From: Eledone cirrhosa
Lineage: Eukaryota
Assembly (NCBI GenBank): GCA_964016885.1
Contig: OZ024740.1
Coordinates: 219,356,001 to 219,420,000 of the forward strand
Direction: 5' to 3'
Length of the DNA stretch: 64,000 nt
Under the pieces are notes generated by a model. That model searched no databases. It worked only from the letters and a program-made list of their open reading frames with translations, and was not told where the DNA came from. Positions 47,426 through 61,269 of the stretch are shown one piece after another (position 1 is the stretch's first letter; every line of letters begins with the position of its first letter). Both the position numbers and the translations under genes were made by a program.

Positions 47426-50400
47426 ACATATATATATATATATATACACATACACACAGCTGGCAACTGAATGGAAACAATTATATTGGGTAGACAGGAC
47501 TCTTCATATTGGATACCCTCCCTAGTATTGGTGCCATGATAAAATTCACCCAGTATATTCTGTAAAATGGTTGGCATTAGGAAGGACATCCAGCTGTAGA
47601 AACGATGCTGAAATATGAAACATGTTTATGATGTGCTTCTGTGACCTGTCTAGTCTTGGATGGTTACAACCTGTCTAACCCATGATGGCATGGAAAATGG
47701 GTGTATGATGATATTCTATTGGTCACAAAATTCAGTCATTGGCTGTGCAATGTACCTCAGTAAGCGTGTAATGATTAGCAGCTCTTCTGATCTAAATCTT
47801 TCATTTTTTTTTTTTTCACAAAAGTTTGCCATGTTTTGCTCATTTACTTTGAATGGCAAAGAAAATAAGTTTCCCAAGGTAATGGTTGCCAAGTCAAAAG
47901 AATTTTGGTGATGTGGGTGTCTGGCATTGAGGAGATATTCTTATATATATGTAGGCTGGCATTCTTCCATCATTCTTAATGAATAGATTTTTATTTAGAA
48001 TAATGGTTCTGGCTTATGTTGTCAGTTTGAAGAATAAATAATGGAATGCAATGGCTACCATTTACTAGATAGGCACATGATGGAAGTCATAGAAGAGGGA
48101 GGTTCAACCAGAACATTGGTCTGGAGACAGGAAAGCCAAGAAGGAGCCTATGAGTAATTGACCCTTCCCCACAAAAAAAAAAAAGATTGAAAATTAAAAT
48201 AAAACCCTACCTCTCAGCGTTCTTGAATTTTACCGGATCTTTCCTCTTAGTGCTCGAAAACTGTCCTGTTCTGTCTTGCATAATTTTCCTTAGAAGATCT
48301 GCCTTCAGATGGCTATCCTATCTTTTTAGGTCATCTCATCTTTAACCCTTTAGCATTTAAATATCCAGCCTGAATTCTCTCACCTCTTTCTCTTTAAACC
48401 AGCTGCAACTGGCCACTCATACTGATGTTAAGGTATTGATCTCAAAATAAATAATATCAAAATCTCATAGATTCGATATTATGTGAAATAATTATGTGAT
48501 ACAAAGCCTTTACCGTGAAAATATAATAGTAAATATAGAATAATGTAAATGCTATAGGGTTAATTAATGTTTTTTCTTTATTTAACTATTAACATTCTAT
48601 AATAATTCAGCAGAAAATATCTAAATGGGTTTGTTTATTCAAAATATAAAAAGACAAACAATGTCTTATTAGTTTCACGACAGGAAAGCCAAAATATAAA
48701 AAGACAAACAATGTCTTATTAGTTTCACGCTTGTTGGAAAAAGAAAATAAATGTTTCAATGTATTGGATGTTGGTCCTTTATCAGGAAAAGTTAAGGGAA
48801 AAAGAAGGTTGGAAGGTTATGGAGAAAGGAGAAAAAGAAGTGTGTGTATGGGGGATTATCAGGATGTTTATAGTATCTTTACTGGTTGAAACATCTTTGT
48901 TAAAATTTGCAGTATTAAATACTTTAGTTTTTTATGTGATGCAGTCCCATTGTGTTATTTTGTACTTTTAAAAGAATGTCTTGCTAATAGTTTCATGTGG
49001 AACAGGATGTTAAAAGCTAAGACAATATCATGGGATTTGAGGAAGATTTGGCTGCTTGTACTTTAACAGGTAGGCGGCGAATTAGCAGAGTCATTAGAAT
49101 GTAGGATAGAATGCTTTATGCTATTCGTTCCAATTCTCTGTTCTTTGAGTTCAAATCTCATTGAGGTAAACTTTGCCTTTCATCTTTTCGAGGTCGATAA
49201 GAAAAGTACCAGTCTAGTACTGGGGTCCATTCTTCCTCTATATCCCTTTCTCATTTTTTCTCTCTCACTTTCTATCTTTCTCTGGAAGAAACCTGCTATA
49301 CTCAGGCCTGGAGAGGGATGGGCTCTGCCTGGCATAAAATGTTCAAGAAATGCTGTATGTCAATATCGCATCCCCTACAACTGTATCGGGAGTTATAGGA
49401 CCATACATACATACTCCAGCAGGTTGAGCAGCCACATAGAGGATCCGCAGTTGGCTCATCTGTATTTTTGTGAAGGCCCATGTCCTAGGAGTTAGGGCAT
49501 TGCTCTCACAATCATAAAGTCATACGTGTGTGGAATCCTTGAGCAAGTCACTTTTTTTCACATTATTCCCATTCCATCAGGTGAAAATGATTACCAGGAA
49601 TAGACTGCCTTCCTGTCTAAGGGGGAAATTTTGTACTTTCAATTGGTTAAAGTCACTTGAAACTGGGATAAGCTCTAGCCTTCATTCAACCCATTCCAGC
49701 ATAGAAACACAGATGTAAAACTAATGAGAAAAAACACATATATATCTATTGTAGTTTGTTATTTATTAATGCATTGGTTGTTGTCAGCCCTCATTGAATA
49801 GGCATGATCAAAAGCATTCTCACTATGATCATCCTATTTAGTGTTTTAGATGAAGTTTGCCTTTCCCCACATTATGACATTGCCTTCTTCCTTTTTTCAA
49901 AGATAGAAGGATAAAATTTAATGGAAATTTGGCTGCTATTTCTATAATTAATTTTGGGCTAATGTAGTAGGCATTGTTGTTGTTGCTATTGAGTACTAAT
50001 AGGACTTTGACTGAAAATTCTTTTTTATTTTAAATTGCTATAATCATATATTTTTAAAATAAATTTTGATACAGCAATACATACATTTATCAGCAAAATG
50101 TTTTAAGCTCTGTTTATCCTTACTATTTATTGATTGTTTTCTGTGTTTTTTCCACTGTTTTGAAATAAAATTCCTAACATTATAGATAAATTTCCAATAC
50201 AAAAAGGTTTTGTTTTGTATTTTCTTTTTCAAATAAAAGCCTATGATTGCAGTTTAGATAATATATTCAAATTTAAATCACCGGAATGAATTTTCTGAAT
50301 AGATATCTGACGGTTATATTCAGTGAAATAATTTTGAATTCTTTCTTCCATCCACTCTAACTAATTTTGAAATGTAAGACAATGAGTACACCTGTATGTG

Positions 50401-52759
50401 CTCAGTTGACTTGCTAGAAATAAGAGCCAAATCTTTGCTAAATTGGCAGAAGTGTTAGAGCATTGAAGGAAATACATTGTGGTATTTATTTTGGTTCTTT
50501 GCATTCTGAATTCAAATCCAACCAAGGTGAACCATGCCTCTCATCCTTCTAGAATCGATGAATAAATTGCCAGTCTAAGTTGGTAGACTTAAAGTATTTG
50601 CTCCAGCCTTCTGACTTCAAATCCTTCCATGGCCTCACTTAGTAGATTTATAATGATGCAACAAAGAATCCCAGTTATTCAATATGTTGTCTGGTCTAAC
50701 ACCACCACCTGGCTTTTAGATGCTTTTTGCAGAGTCCACTCTGTTATAAGATTTCAGGCCAGGTCCTTGCCTTGCAAATACCTCCCTTCCATGTCATGGA
50801 CATAGCCCTCTCTCCTGACTAATTGATAAAAAAAAAATCAAAAATTACAGTCTGACAAAGGGAGAGATATGGTGATTTTTAAACAATATACGTGATTCCC
50901 CACCACACAAAAAAAGAAGCAAAAAAAAGATAACAAGATGAAGTGGTCACAGCTGTAATGTCTTTGATCTTGATTACTGAATCAAAGCCGAGCTGAAACT
51001 AAATTACCATTACTAATATGCAAATAATATCAGGCAGACTTGTGTATCAATATTTTTTTTCCTGAAAAAAGAAATTATAATAAATAAAACTAAAAAGCAA
51101 ACCACTGTCAGTTCTCCATGAAAATTTACTGAAGAAATATAGCAGAAAAATTGTGGCTTCAATCTGGAACTGATGAAGTAATAAATATTGCTTTCTTTTC
51201 AACAACCCACAAAAGATGTTCATATCTTTCTGAAGTGCATTAGTAATGAAAGTGAAACAAAATTACTTTAACCAGTGATAGAAAATATGTTGTCCTCTTG
51301 TTCAACTAATGGCCTCCCACATGCTCTATGCTACAGACTACACTTTAGTAATCAATATTAATCACTAAATTAATTGAAAAAAAGAAGGAAAGTTAAAACA
51401 TAGCAAACAGATTGGTTATAATGAATGGAATTAGAAAAAACCAGGATGAGTATGAATGTTGAAGACACTCAGAATGATTGCTTCAGAGGGAGAAACTAAC
51501 AAAGGAGGGCTCAGTATGGTTACTCAACTTGCTAGAAAAAGTAGCTAAATTTCCTTGAAATCATACCCTACCATCTTAAACACAACAACAACAACAAAAG
51601 GACACATTAGATAATTTAGTTTCTCCAATACCCTAAAATGGTAGGATGGTCATAGATGATATACCTTTATTCATAGGTCTACTTAATCAGGGCTGACCTT
51701 AAGTTAACCAACAACAACAACAGCTTCAGATAGAGGGTAGTTTTACTGAATGTTCTTAATACAACAGTTAAATAGATATTGGTGGCTGTGATGTAGAAGT
51801 GACATAATACTTAGGAAGTTACATGAAAAGTTCTTCATCTAAACTAGAAGCCCCTAACCTGTTTTTGACCTGTTTACCCTATGGTAACTTTCAAACAGAA
51901 ATTTACCCCCAATTTGTTTTGTTTAGTAGAATTGACATCTCTACCATAATACAACAACAAAGAGGAAATGTCTAGCTATGACATTATTTATTGTTATTTT
52001 AGGTTTAAATAACAATAGTAGCACAACTAATGATGAACAGATAGTGGTACAAAGACTACAGAGTAACTGGTAATTAAGAAGTATAAAATACAGGTCATTA
52101 AACTCAACACAGTAGAAAGAGAAACTAGTATTCTAATAAATAAAATGTCTACTTCACATTTTCTTCTTACCTTCAGATGATTTGAAATTATTATTGTAAA
52201 AAAAAAATGTATAAATAAAGAATCAGCAATTTTACCCTACTTAGTAAGTGAAATTTACCTTGTGTGGTTAAATTTTCCCCAGGTTTGGTACTTCTGACCT
52301 AAAGTAATAGGAATTCTTTGTTATGTCAAGATATAAATCTATTGGGGGTGATTGTGTATTCAACATAGATACAAACACTAATTTTTCTGCTGAAATTATG
52401 CTGTAAGTTATTGTTGGAGAAGTTGAGCTGTTTGGCAATTAGTGTTCAGAAGATTTAAATTTCAGCCAGCAAAAGGATGGTGAGGTTTATAGGTTAGTTA
52501 TTATAGATAATCAATGAGATGAAAGTTGGTGTGGAGCTACAGATGTTTGTGAAGTAGAAGAAGAATTTTCCAGCAAATTAAGCTATATTTCTGTTCTACT
52601 GTTATATATCATTTCAAGTTGATACATTCAGAATAGTAAGTATGTCTTATTAAATTTATCAACTCAAAATCTTAATATACTCTATGACTATAGTATTAAG
52701 TATACACTTTTTTAGGTATTAGCCATATACATCAAATACTTTATATATATATATATATG

Positions 52760-54110
52760 TAAAATAATCGTACCCCCCGACCCATGGTATCCGGGAGGGG
52801 GAGGAACCCTAACAGTATAGGCAGAGTGGAAACCACTAAACCCCATGAACCCGACACCACCACATTAGCGAAAAGGACGCGTACGCCTAGCCATAGGAGG
52901 AAACCCAGTATGAGGAGTGGTCTCAGGGATGATACTAACCACCCCGGACCCGACTCCCCCAACCGCAAGACACGAAGTGGGACGGATGGAGGATCATCCC
53001 ATTGGAGAACTCCCAGCGTGGGCAACAACCACCCCATAGGTACAGCTGGGAAGCTAGCAAAACACATAGCACCCAAAGGGGAAGCAACAATGTGGAAACC
53101 ACTAGCAGCCCAACAACTCCCCAACAGCCCACAGCATGCTCAACCCACCCACATAGGAATAGATGTAGAAAAATCACATGGTACAACCCACCCTACTTAG
53201 CAGCCCTAAAGAACAGCCAGGCCCAGTCATTCTTTAGAGCACTAGATAAATGCTTCCCGAGGGAACATAGATGCCACAAGATCTTCAACAGACACACTGT
53301 GAAGCTCTCGCATTCTACCACGTGCAATGTAGCCCAGGACATAGCTAGCATCAATAGGGGTAGACTTAGAAACTACACACAACCAGAAGCTGGCAATATA
53401 AGCAGCCAGCAGAGCCATGCGGAGAGCAGGAATGGTGGTCCCGGTACCCACCCTGGGGACCCAAACAGACCCAGGGACCCCCGACCGAGCCCAGGAGAAG
53501 ACCACCCTATAATACACAACGGGAACCCCACATTAGGCACTTGGGGGTCGACCACCTCCTGCAACTGCAGAACCCCCACATTATGCCCCCTTAGTAATGA
53601 ATGCCTCAGGAAGAACTTAATATACGGATGTAGAGTAAAAACCCCCAACTCTGAGCACCTTTACATGGGAGCCACATCAACGAGCTTCAAAGACAGGTGG
53701 TATAACCATCGCCATTCCTTTAATAGGGATGACAAAAGGAAAAGTACGGCTCTTTCCGAACTGATCTGGAAGCTCAAGCTGGACAGGACCCCGTACTATC
53801 TGGCCTAGTCCGAAATCAGGAAAGTACCACCAGACAGAGGGGGATCTGGCATCTGCAAACTATGTCTGAGCGAGACCCTCGACATACTCACCGGTGGAAG
53901 CAACCTAATAAACCTCAAGACCGACTTCTTCGGTACATGTAGACACCTCAGGGCTGGACCTTCCTCAAGCTATATGGACAATAACAACACATTGGGATGG
54001 GAACTTCCCTCAAGCTATAGGGACAGTAGCCCCGCCACACTGAGCTCAAGGTAAACCACCCCTACACACTCACCACCCCTACTCCCGCCTTGATCGACTC
54101 CTATAGCAAC
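52760..54110 (+). pseudogene. Penelope-like element 3' region with C-terminal GIY-YIG (resembles the Hydra-type lineage), one premature stop
   Basis: KITWYNPPY..LDKCFP..KIFNRHTVKLSHS; CNCRTPTLCPLSNECL..LIY..YMG..FKDRWYNH..TALS..IW. After the TAG at 53806 the frame continues CKLCLSE..LIN..CRH. Confidence 0.8.
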
Positions 54111-54181
54111 ACATACTTATACATACGTCCATACATAGATACTGTTGTTTAAAATTATACATACATGGATACTTACATGTA

Positions 54182-54244
<63 letters not shown>

Positions 54245-54255
54245 ATATACATGTA

Positions 54256-55072
54256 TCATCATTATCATGATCATCATCACCGTTTTACGTCCGTTCTTCC
54301 ACGCTAGCATGAGTTAGACGGGTTGTCCTGTTGTGGGCAGTGTCCGGTTGGCTGACCATGCCTTGCTCATACAGGAACTGATTCTGGCTTGATTTCTACA
54401 GCTGGATGCCCTTCCTAACACCAACTTCATTTACAGTGAGTGGTGGGTGCTTTTTTCCGTGGTGCCTACACGTCCACTTTACAGTGTGGGCTGGGTGCTT
54501 TTTTGCTGTGGCACCTCCACGACCACTTTGCAGTGGGAGGGTGTGGGGGAAAATTGTCTATATGCTTCATCTTCGGCTTGTACTCGTGGGCGGCGGGTCT
54601 TCTGTATTACTGCATGACGCCAGAGGTCACGGTTGTATGTCATCGCCTTTGAGAGGTATAATTGGGTAAGGTCGGCTTTTATCACCTCATCCCAGGTCTT
54701 CTTGGGTCTCCCCACTCCACGGTTTCCATCGACTTCTAGTGCTCTGCACCTTTTTATGCATCTCTCATCCTTCATACGCATCACATGTCCATACCAATGC
54801 AACCGCCTCTCCTGCACACAGCATTTGATTCCTCTTATGCTCAGTCACTCTCTCAATCCTTTATGCTTTGCCATTTGCGTATATTACTATTACACATCCA
54901 TTGGAACATGCAGGCTTCATTTCTTTCTAATCTACACAAGTCTTACACAGACAGCGCCCAGGTCTCACTACCATGTAACATTGCTGTTCGTATACACTCT
55001 GCCTTTCCATTTGAGGGAAAAGCCTTTTGCAGCTAGCAGTGGCAGTAGTTCCCTGAACTTCTTCCATCCCGT
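54256..55072 (-). mobile_element. RTE 3' fragment, diverged A-related subfamily
   Basis: ORF 54479-54817 RLHWYGHVMRMKDERC..GRPKKTW plus the shared 3' module. Confidence 0.88.
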
Positions 55073-55811
55073 ATGTGTGTATATATAATGTGTGTATGTG
55101 TGGGTGTATATATATATATATATATATCATCATCATCATCGTTTAACGTCCATCTTCCACGCTTGCATGGGTTTGGATGGGAGTTTTCCCACCTGAGGTA
55201 AGATTGGTTGTCCTGCTCGTATAGGACTGTCTGACGGGTTTTTTACAGCTGGATGCCCTTCCTAACACCAACCACGTTTATAAATATATATATATATATA
55301 TCTGGAATGCACCTGAGCCTGTGTTTGTGCATGTGTGCTTGCAACGATGTGCGTTGACATACACGCATATGTACTTTATGCGGAAATAGGAACTGTAGTC
55401 CTTTGCATTTCCGAATTTTGACACTCAGGTTTATGGTGTTTTACACTCCACTTTTATCTCATTTGCTCTTAAAATGCACCACTCGATGATAAAATAAGAA
55501 TTGTAATTCCTTACACTTCTCGATTCTGACACACAGGTTTTCTACTTGATGGCTGTCACCGAAATATATATAGCAGTATATCTATAATTTATAATAAACA
55601 AAGCCAAATTTTACATATTTGACTTAATTATTTTACATTACTCTGGAGTAAACAAACCAACCCTCGTACTTCGTCGAGTGCTCCAATCTGCATACTGAGG
55701 TGTCGGTAAACAACCAACGTATACTCAAAAAATATATATAGCCATGTGTTATTGATGGACTTGAGAATGAGTACTCAATGAAAAGTAGAGTTTAAATATT
55801 AATTCAATATA

Positions 55812-55945
55812 GCTATGTGGTGAGCTTTGTTACTCTAGAGTTTCATCTGCATTCTCACAGGATCATTAGATATGACTTTTGTCTGATCTAATGATCCTGT
55901 GAATGTACGGGTTAATGTCCAGAGTAATAAGGCTCATCACGTAGC
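55812..55945 (+). other. 134-nt imperfect hairpin
   Basis: Outer stem gctatgtggtgagctttgttactctaga / tccagagtaataaggctcatcacgtagc; inner stem acaggatcattagat / atctaatgatcctgt; cap gac-tttt-gtc. Confidence 0.8.
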
Positions 55946-56007
55946 CATAATAAATGAATCCACACACACACACACACACATATATAAACAGTTCTGTATG
56001 AGCAAAA

Positions 56008-56638
56008 TCATCATCATCAACGTTTAACGTCCGTGTTCCACGCTTGCATGGATTTGACGGGGGTTTTCCCACTTGAGGCAATAGTGATTGTCTTGCTCGC
56101 ATAGGACTATCTGGCAGGTTTTCTACAGTTGGATGCCCTTCCTAACACCAACCACATTTACAGTGTGGGTCTGGGAGGTTTTTACCGTGTTGCCTACACG
56201 GCCACATTACAGCGTGGACTGTGTGTTTTTTTGTCGTGACACCTACACGATCTCATTTGTTTCGGCCTGGATGGTGTGGCACCAACATAACTTTACATAG
56301 AAGGGGGTAGTGTGGATGGGGTGGGGGTGGTGGGACGGGGGTGTATTTTGTTAGAGATGCCTACTGACTGTAGTAGGTTTTACTATGTATTTAGGTAAGG
56401 CGGGTCTTCTCTATTACTGAGTACCGCCAAAGGTCTCGGTCCAGTGACATTGTCTTGGAGAGGTGTAAGTGTGTGAGGTCGGAGTTTATCAGCTCGTCCC
56501 AGGTTTTTCTAGGTCTGCCTATTCCGTGGCTACCGTCTATCTTTATTGCTCTGCACTTTGTTATACAGCTATCGACTTTCATGCACATCACGTGTCCATA
56601 CCAACGTAGCCTTCTCTCGAGTAAACAACATCTGATCC

Positions 56639-56640
<2 letters not shown>
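56008..56640 (-). mobile_element. RTE family A 3' fragment
   Basis: ORF 56391-56591 plus the family A 3' UTR and tail. Confidence 0.92.
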
Positions 56641-56708
<68 letters not shown>

Positions 56709-56711
<3 letters not shown>

Positions 56712-57050
56712 TTCATCATTTCATTTCATTTTTACGTCCTCTTTTTCCCTGCTTGCAAGGGTGGGACGGGAACTGATTCTGGCTTGATTTCTACAGCTGG
56801 ATGCCCTTCCTAACACCAACCTCATTTACAGTGAGTGCTGGGTGCTTTTTTGGCGTGGCACCTCCACGACCACTTTGCAGTGGAATGATATGGACCCCAG
56901 TCCCTATCATCTCATTTCTACAGCTGAGTAAACTGGAACAATGTGAAATAAAGTGTCTTGCTCAAGGAAACAACACATCACCCGGTCTGAGAATTGAACT
57001 CACAACCTTTCGATTGCAAGGCCAATGCTCTAACCACTAAGCCATGTGCC
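56709..57050 (-). mobile_element. Young SINE copy
   Basis: Same family as 17648; (ATGAA)n-type tail. Confidence 0.9.
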
Positions 57051-57075
57051 TATATATATATATATATATATATAT

Positions 57076-57525
<450 letters not shown>

Positions 57526-57535
57526 TTATTTGGTT

Positions 57536-57573
57536 CCTTTACCGGTTTCGCAGTTGTTCTGCTTTTCAAAAGG
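57536..57573 (-). ncRNA. Hammerhead fossil with mutated core
   Basis: Minus strand: cctt TTGAAAA gcag aacaa ctgc GAAA CCGG TA aagg. All three stems are intact; the core differs from CTGAAGA by two transitions. Confidence 0.6.
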
Positions 57574-57836
57574 TGAGTTGAGATGGAGGGTCTGTGGTTT
57601 TTCTCACATCTGGTTGGTCTCTAAATGTTACTTGTTTTATATGGAAAAAGTGGCTCGAAAGCCAGGTTTTTCGGGAATTCTTCAAATAAGAGAGGGGGGG
57701 GGGGGTTGTCACAGGTTGTTTTTTCATATATGAGTGTTTGAATTTCTTTTTACTTGAAAAAAGGAGGCTCACGAAGGCTTTTTTTTGGTTGGTTATAAAT
57801 GAAAATTGGCTGTCACCTGAACAAGTTTTCATTACA

Positions 57837-58076
57837 TTTTTGCGCCCTTATTTGGAAAACTATTCTGTAGTCTTTATAGTGAATGTTATGACAATGGAGA
57901 GATAGTGGTCAAGGGAAAAGGGATTGGGAGAAATGTTCTGGTTCAGTGAATATGGCCAGCTGTCAGAGTTCAGGTGTCAGAGTTCAGATTTTCTATTTTC
58001 TTGACCACTATCTCTCCATTGTCATAACATTCACTATAAAGACTACAGAATAGTTTTCCGAATAAGGGCGCAAAAA
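57837..58076. repeat. 77-bp inverted repeat with 86-bp spacer
   Basis: tttttgcgcccttatt...gtggtcaag / cttgaccac...aataagggcgcaaaaa; the spacer contains tgtcagagttcag twice. Confidence 0.9.
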
Positions 58077-58261
58077 CGTCAAAGCACAAAGAGCTCAGAA
58101 CAAATACTAGGAGACATTTATTCTGATGGCTAACGACACTGCCATTTCATTACCTGCTAATGTGGTACAAATAATTACTTGACTGAGAAGCTGGTATCTT
58201 ATTAATTCAGCCTACTACAAACATTGATTAAAAGTATGAAAGGACTTAATTAGATACCTTG

Positions 58262-58295
<34 letters not shown>

Positions 58296-59892
58296 TTTAT
58301 GTCCACTTTCTATGCTGGCAGAGGTTGGATGGGTTGTCAAGGTCTGAGACTAAAGAGGTTGGAGAGCCCATGTCATTTTTGGTATGATTTCTTCCAGGAG
58401 GGACCACATCTTTCATTCTTGTCATAGATGCCCTTAGTAATGCCAATCACTTTACAGAGTCTACCAGGTGCATTTTATGATAATACCAATACTACAAGTT
58501 TAGAGTGTAATAAGTGCATTTTATTTTACCACCAACACTATCACTTTACAGAGTGTTCTGGGTGCATTTTATCATGGTATCAACACTATATTAGTATATT
58601 AAGTGCTGATGTCAAACCCTTGCAAGCATGGAAAATGGATGATGATATTACTATAAATAAATAGGGTGATGAATTGGCAGTATCGATAGAGTTACGACCC
58701 TTTACATTCTGAGTTCAAAATCCCACCAAAGTTAGCTTTGCCTTTCAACCTTACGAGGTTGATAAAATAAAGTATCAGTAATGCAAACTTTCACCCAAAA
58801 TATTTTTGGTCTTGTGCCTAAACAGAAGCCATTATTATTTTTTTAAAAAGGGTAGTGGATTGGGAGAATTGGCAGAATTGGTAGAGCATTGGATAAAATG
58901 CCATTATGTTATTTGTACTGGCTCTTTACATTCTGAGGTCAACTTTGCCTTTCATCCTCCCGGGGTCAATGAATAAAGTACCAGTAAATTACTGGGGTTG
59001 ATTTAATCAACTTTACTTTTCTCTCAAATTTGCTGGCCTTGTGTCTAAATGAGAAATCAATATTACTATAGGTAAAATGCTAAAAAAAACAACAAAAAAA
59101 ACCTTCCAAGAACATAATACAATGAGGGACAGCTCATTGGTTTAATATAAAACTTGGGATGAGATGCCATTTAGAATTTTGGATAGCTTAGGTAGGAATA
59201 ATTTATGATTTTTATTTTAATGAAAACCAATTCCTACGATAGAATTTTGCAAATCAATACTCTGGCAGTTTATATCTGACTTTTACTGCCCTGGCCATAA
59301 ATGTGTGTGTATGTGTGTATATGTTTGTGTGTGCACATGTGTATATGTTTGTGTGTATGTGCGTCTGTGTGTGCACATGTGTATATATCTAAGTGTGTAC
59401 ATGTCTGTGTGTATATGTGTGTGTATGTGTGTACATGTGTGTATATGTCTGTGTGCATATATATCTCAGCGTATATATTTGTGCGTGGGTTTATATGTTT
59501 ATGTATACACAAACATATACACATGTGTATATGTTTGTGTATGAGTTTGTATGTGGGTATATGCCTGTATATCAATGTGTGTGCACATGCATGTGCATTT
59601 GTACATGTCTTTGTATTGATGTAGCTTTCTCAATGGCAGGAAATGCCAAATCTATATTCACATTTATACCATGAAACACCTTACATGTCAAGGCTAATTC
59701 TGTTTATGTGAAGATGGTGTGAGATCAACACGTAGATTTTTATCTTCTCAATGCATGACATTCGTTGCATTGGGAATTAGCAGTATGCATTAATTCATAA
59801 TCTTTCCTTAAAGAGGTAAGTCTATAGAAATTGATAGTTGATATCAGAACACATAAATACAAAAAAGAAAATAATAATAATTATCATTATTG

Positions 59893-59930
<38 letters not shown>

Positions 59931-59931
59931 G

Positions 59932-59977
<46 letters not shown>

Positions 59978-60130
59978 GCTGCTGCTGCTCTAATATTACT
60001 ACTATTACTACTACTAGTAGTATAGTGGTAGTAGCAGCAGCAGTAGTAGTAATAACAATTGTTATTGTACGACAACCATCACCACCACTACGACTACTAC
60101 TACTACTAGTAGTAGTAGTAGTAGTAGTAA
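59893..60130. repeat. (ACT)n/(AGT)n microsatellites in both orientations
   Basis: Direct inspection. Confidence 0.95.
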
Positions 60131-60364
60131 TAATCAGAATAATGGTATTCTGAAGGTCTTTTTCATATGAAAGAATTATGAAGCAAAGTTAATAAATATT
60201 TTCTGCTCAGTCTTCTACATATTGATTTCATGAACATATCGTTTTGAATGACTGGAGAGTTAATTTGTATTCGGGTACTACATATGTATTGTACAGCTTC
60301 AGCATATATATGTTGTATTTCATATATATGATGTATATCATATATAAATATTGTATATCATATA

Positions 60365-60693
60365 CAGTTGTCTCTTGGTATTCACAGGAGTTACAATCCT
60401 AGAGCACCTGCGAAGAATGAAAAACTACGAATATTGGATGTGGTCCATAAAAATGCCTATAAACGTCAAAACATAATGTAAAATATAGGCTGGCAAAAAC
60501 GGTATATTGTAATTAATAATTTAATGTTAAAAAGCGTGAAAAATTATATATTGCCATGAATAAAGCCATGAAAAGATTGCGGAAGATATTTACGATTCCA
60601 CAAATATGCGGTGGTTTTCCACAAACAATTCTTAGTTAAGTTCTCAAGAAACTTCCGTGAGTAACTGGGACTGCAAATGCCAGGTGTACACTG
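60365..60693. mobile_element. Tigger-like MITE
   Basis: TA|cagttgtctcttggtattcacagg ... gcaaatgccaggtgtacactg|TA, resembling Tigger/MER2-type termini. Confidence 0.6.
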
Positions 60694-60864
60694 TATATAT
60701 ATATTGTATATCATATAATCTCCCCTTCCCACTTGGTGACGGTGTGAGATTTCTCTTTGTGAGACTGTTGGAATTTCAAATTTGGCGGTCACTCTAACAC
60801 TGACGGGTACCATTGCTGAATGTTAATATCGGTAGGGTTTTTTTTATATCGATATTGTTGGGCA

Positions 60865-60986
60865 TCCACTGATGAGTTATAAGTGCCAACCTGCATATAT
60901 TCCTATAGACTATGTGTAGGCTTCTACATAATCTGGACATTATTTTCCTAACTTGTAGAAAACTTATAATGAAACAATCGTTTGGA
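60865..60986 (+). ncRNA. Type I hammerhead motif with a large branched stem II
   Basis: tcca CTGATGA gttataagt [hairpin cctgcata..tgtgtagg][hairpin ttctaca..tgtagaa] acttataat GAAAC AATC GTT tgga. Confidence 0.7.
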
Positions 60987-61185
60987 AAGTGGGATGTATT
61001 TAATTATGTCTCATATAAAATAATACAACTGGCTATCCACAAAATACGTATAGTTAGCACCCCAAACGTATAATTGGGATTATACTAAGGTATATCCTAA
61101 TGTTTGTTGAGTGAGACGGAAGTCGGGCGGAGTATTGCTTAAAGCTTTCTCTGTTAATGTATTAAATCATATATATATATTGTAT

Positions 61186-61234
<49 letters not shown>

Positions 61235-61269
61235 TGTTGTATATCATATATATATATATATATATATAT

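Noticed and set aside
53002-53990. Selenocysteine or stop-readthrough PLE
   Set aside because: The interrupting codon is TAG at a probable Trp position, not TGA at a Cys position; a simple point mutation is more likely.
55389-55401. ZNF143/Staf-like promoter motif (ACTACAGTTCC on the minus strand)
   Set aside because: Only a partial match, with no PSE, TATA or recognisable snRNA nearby.
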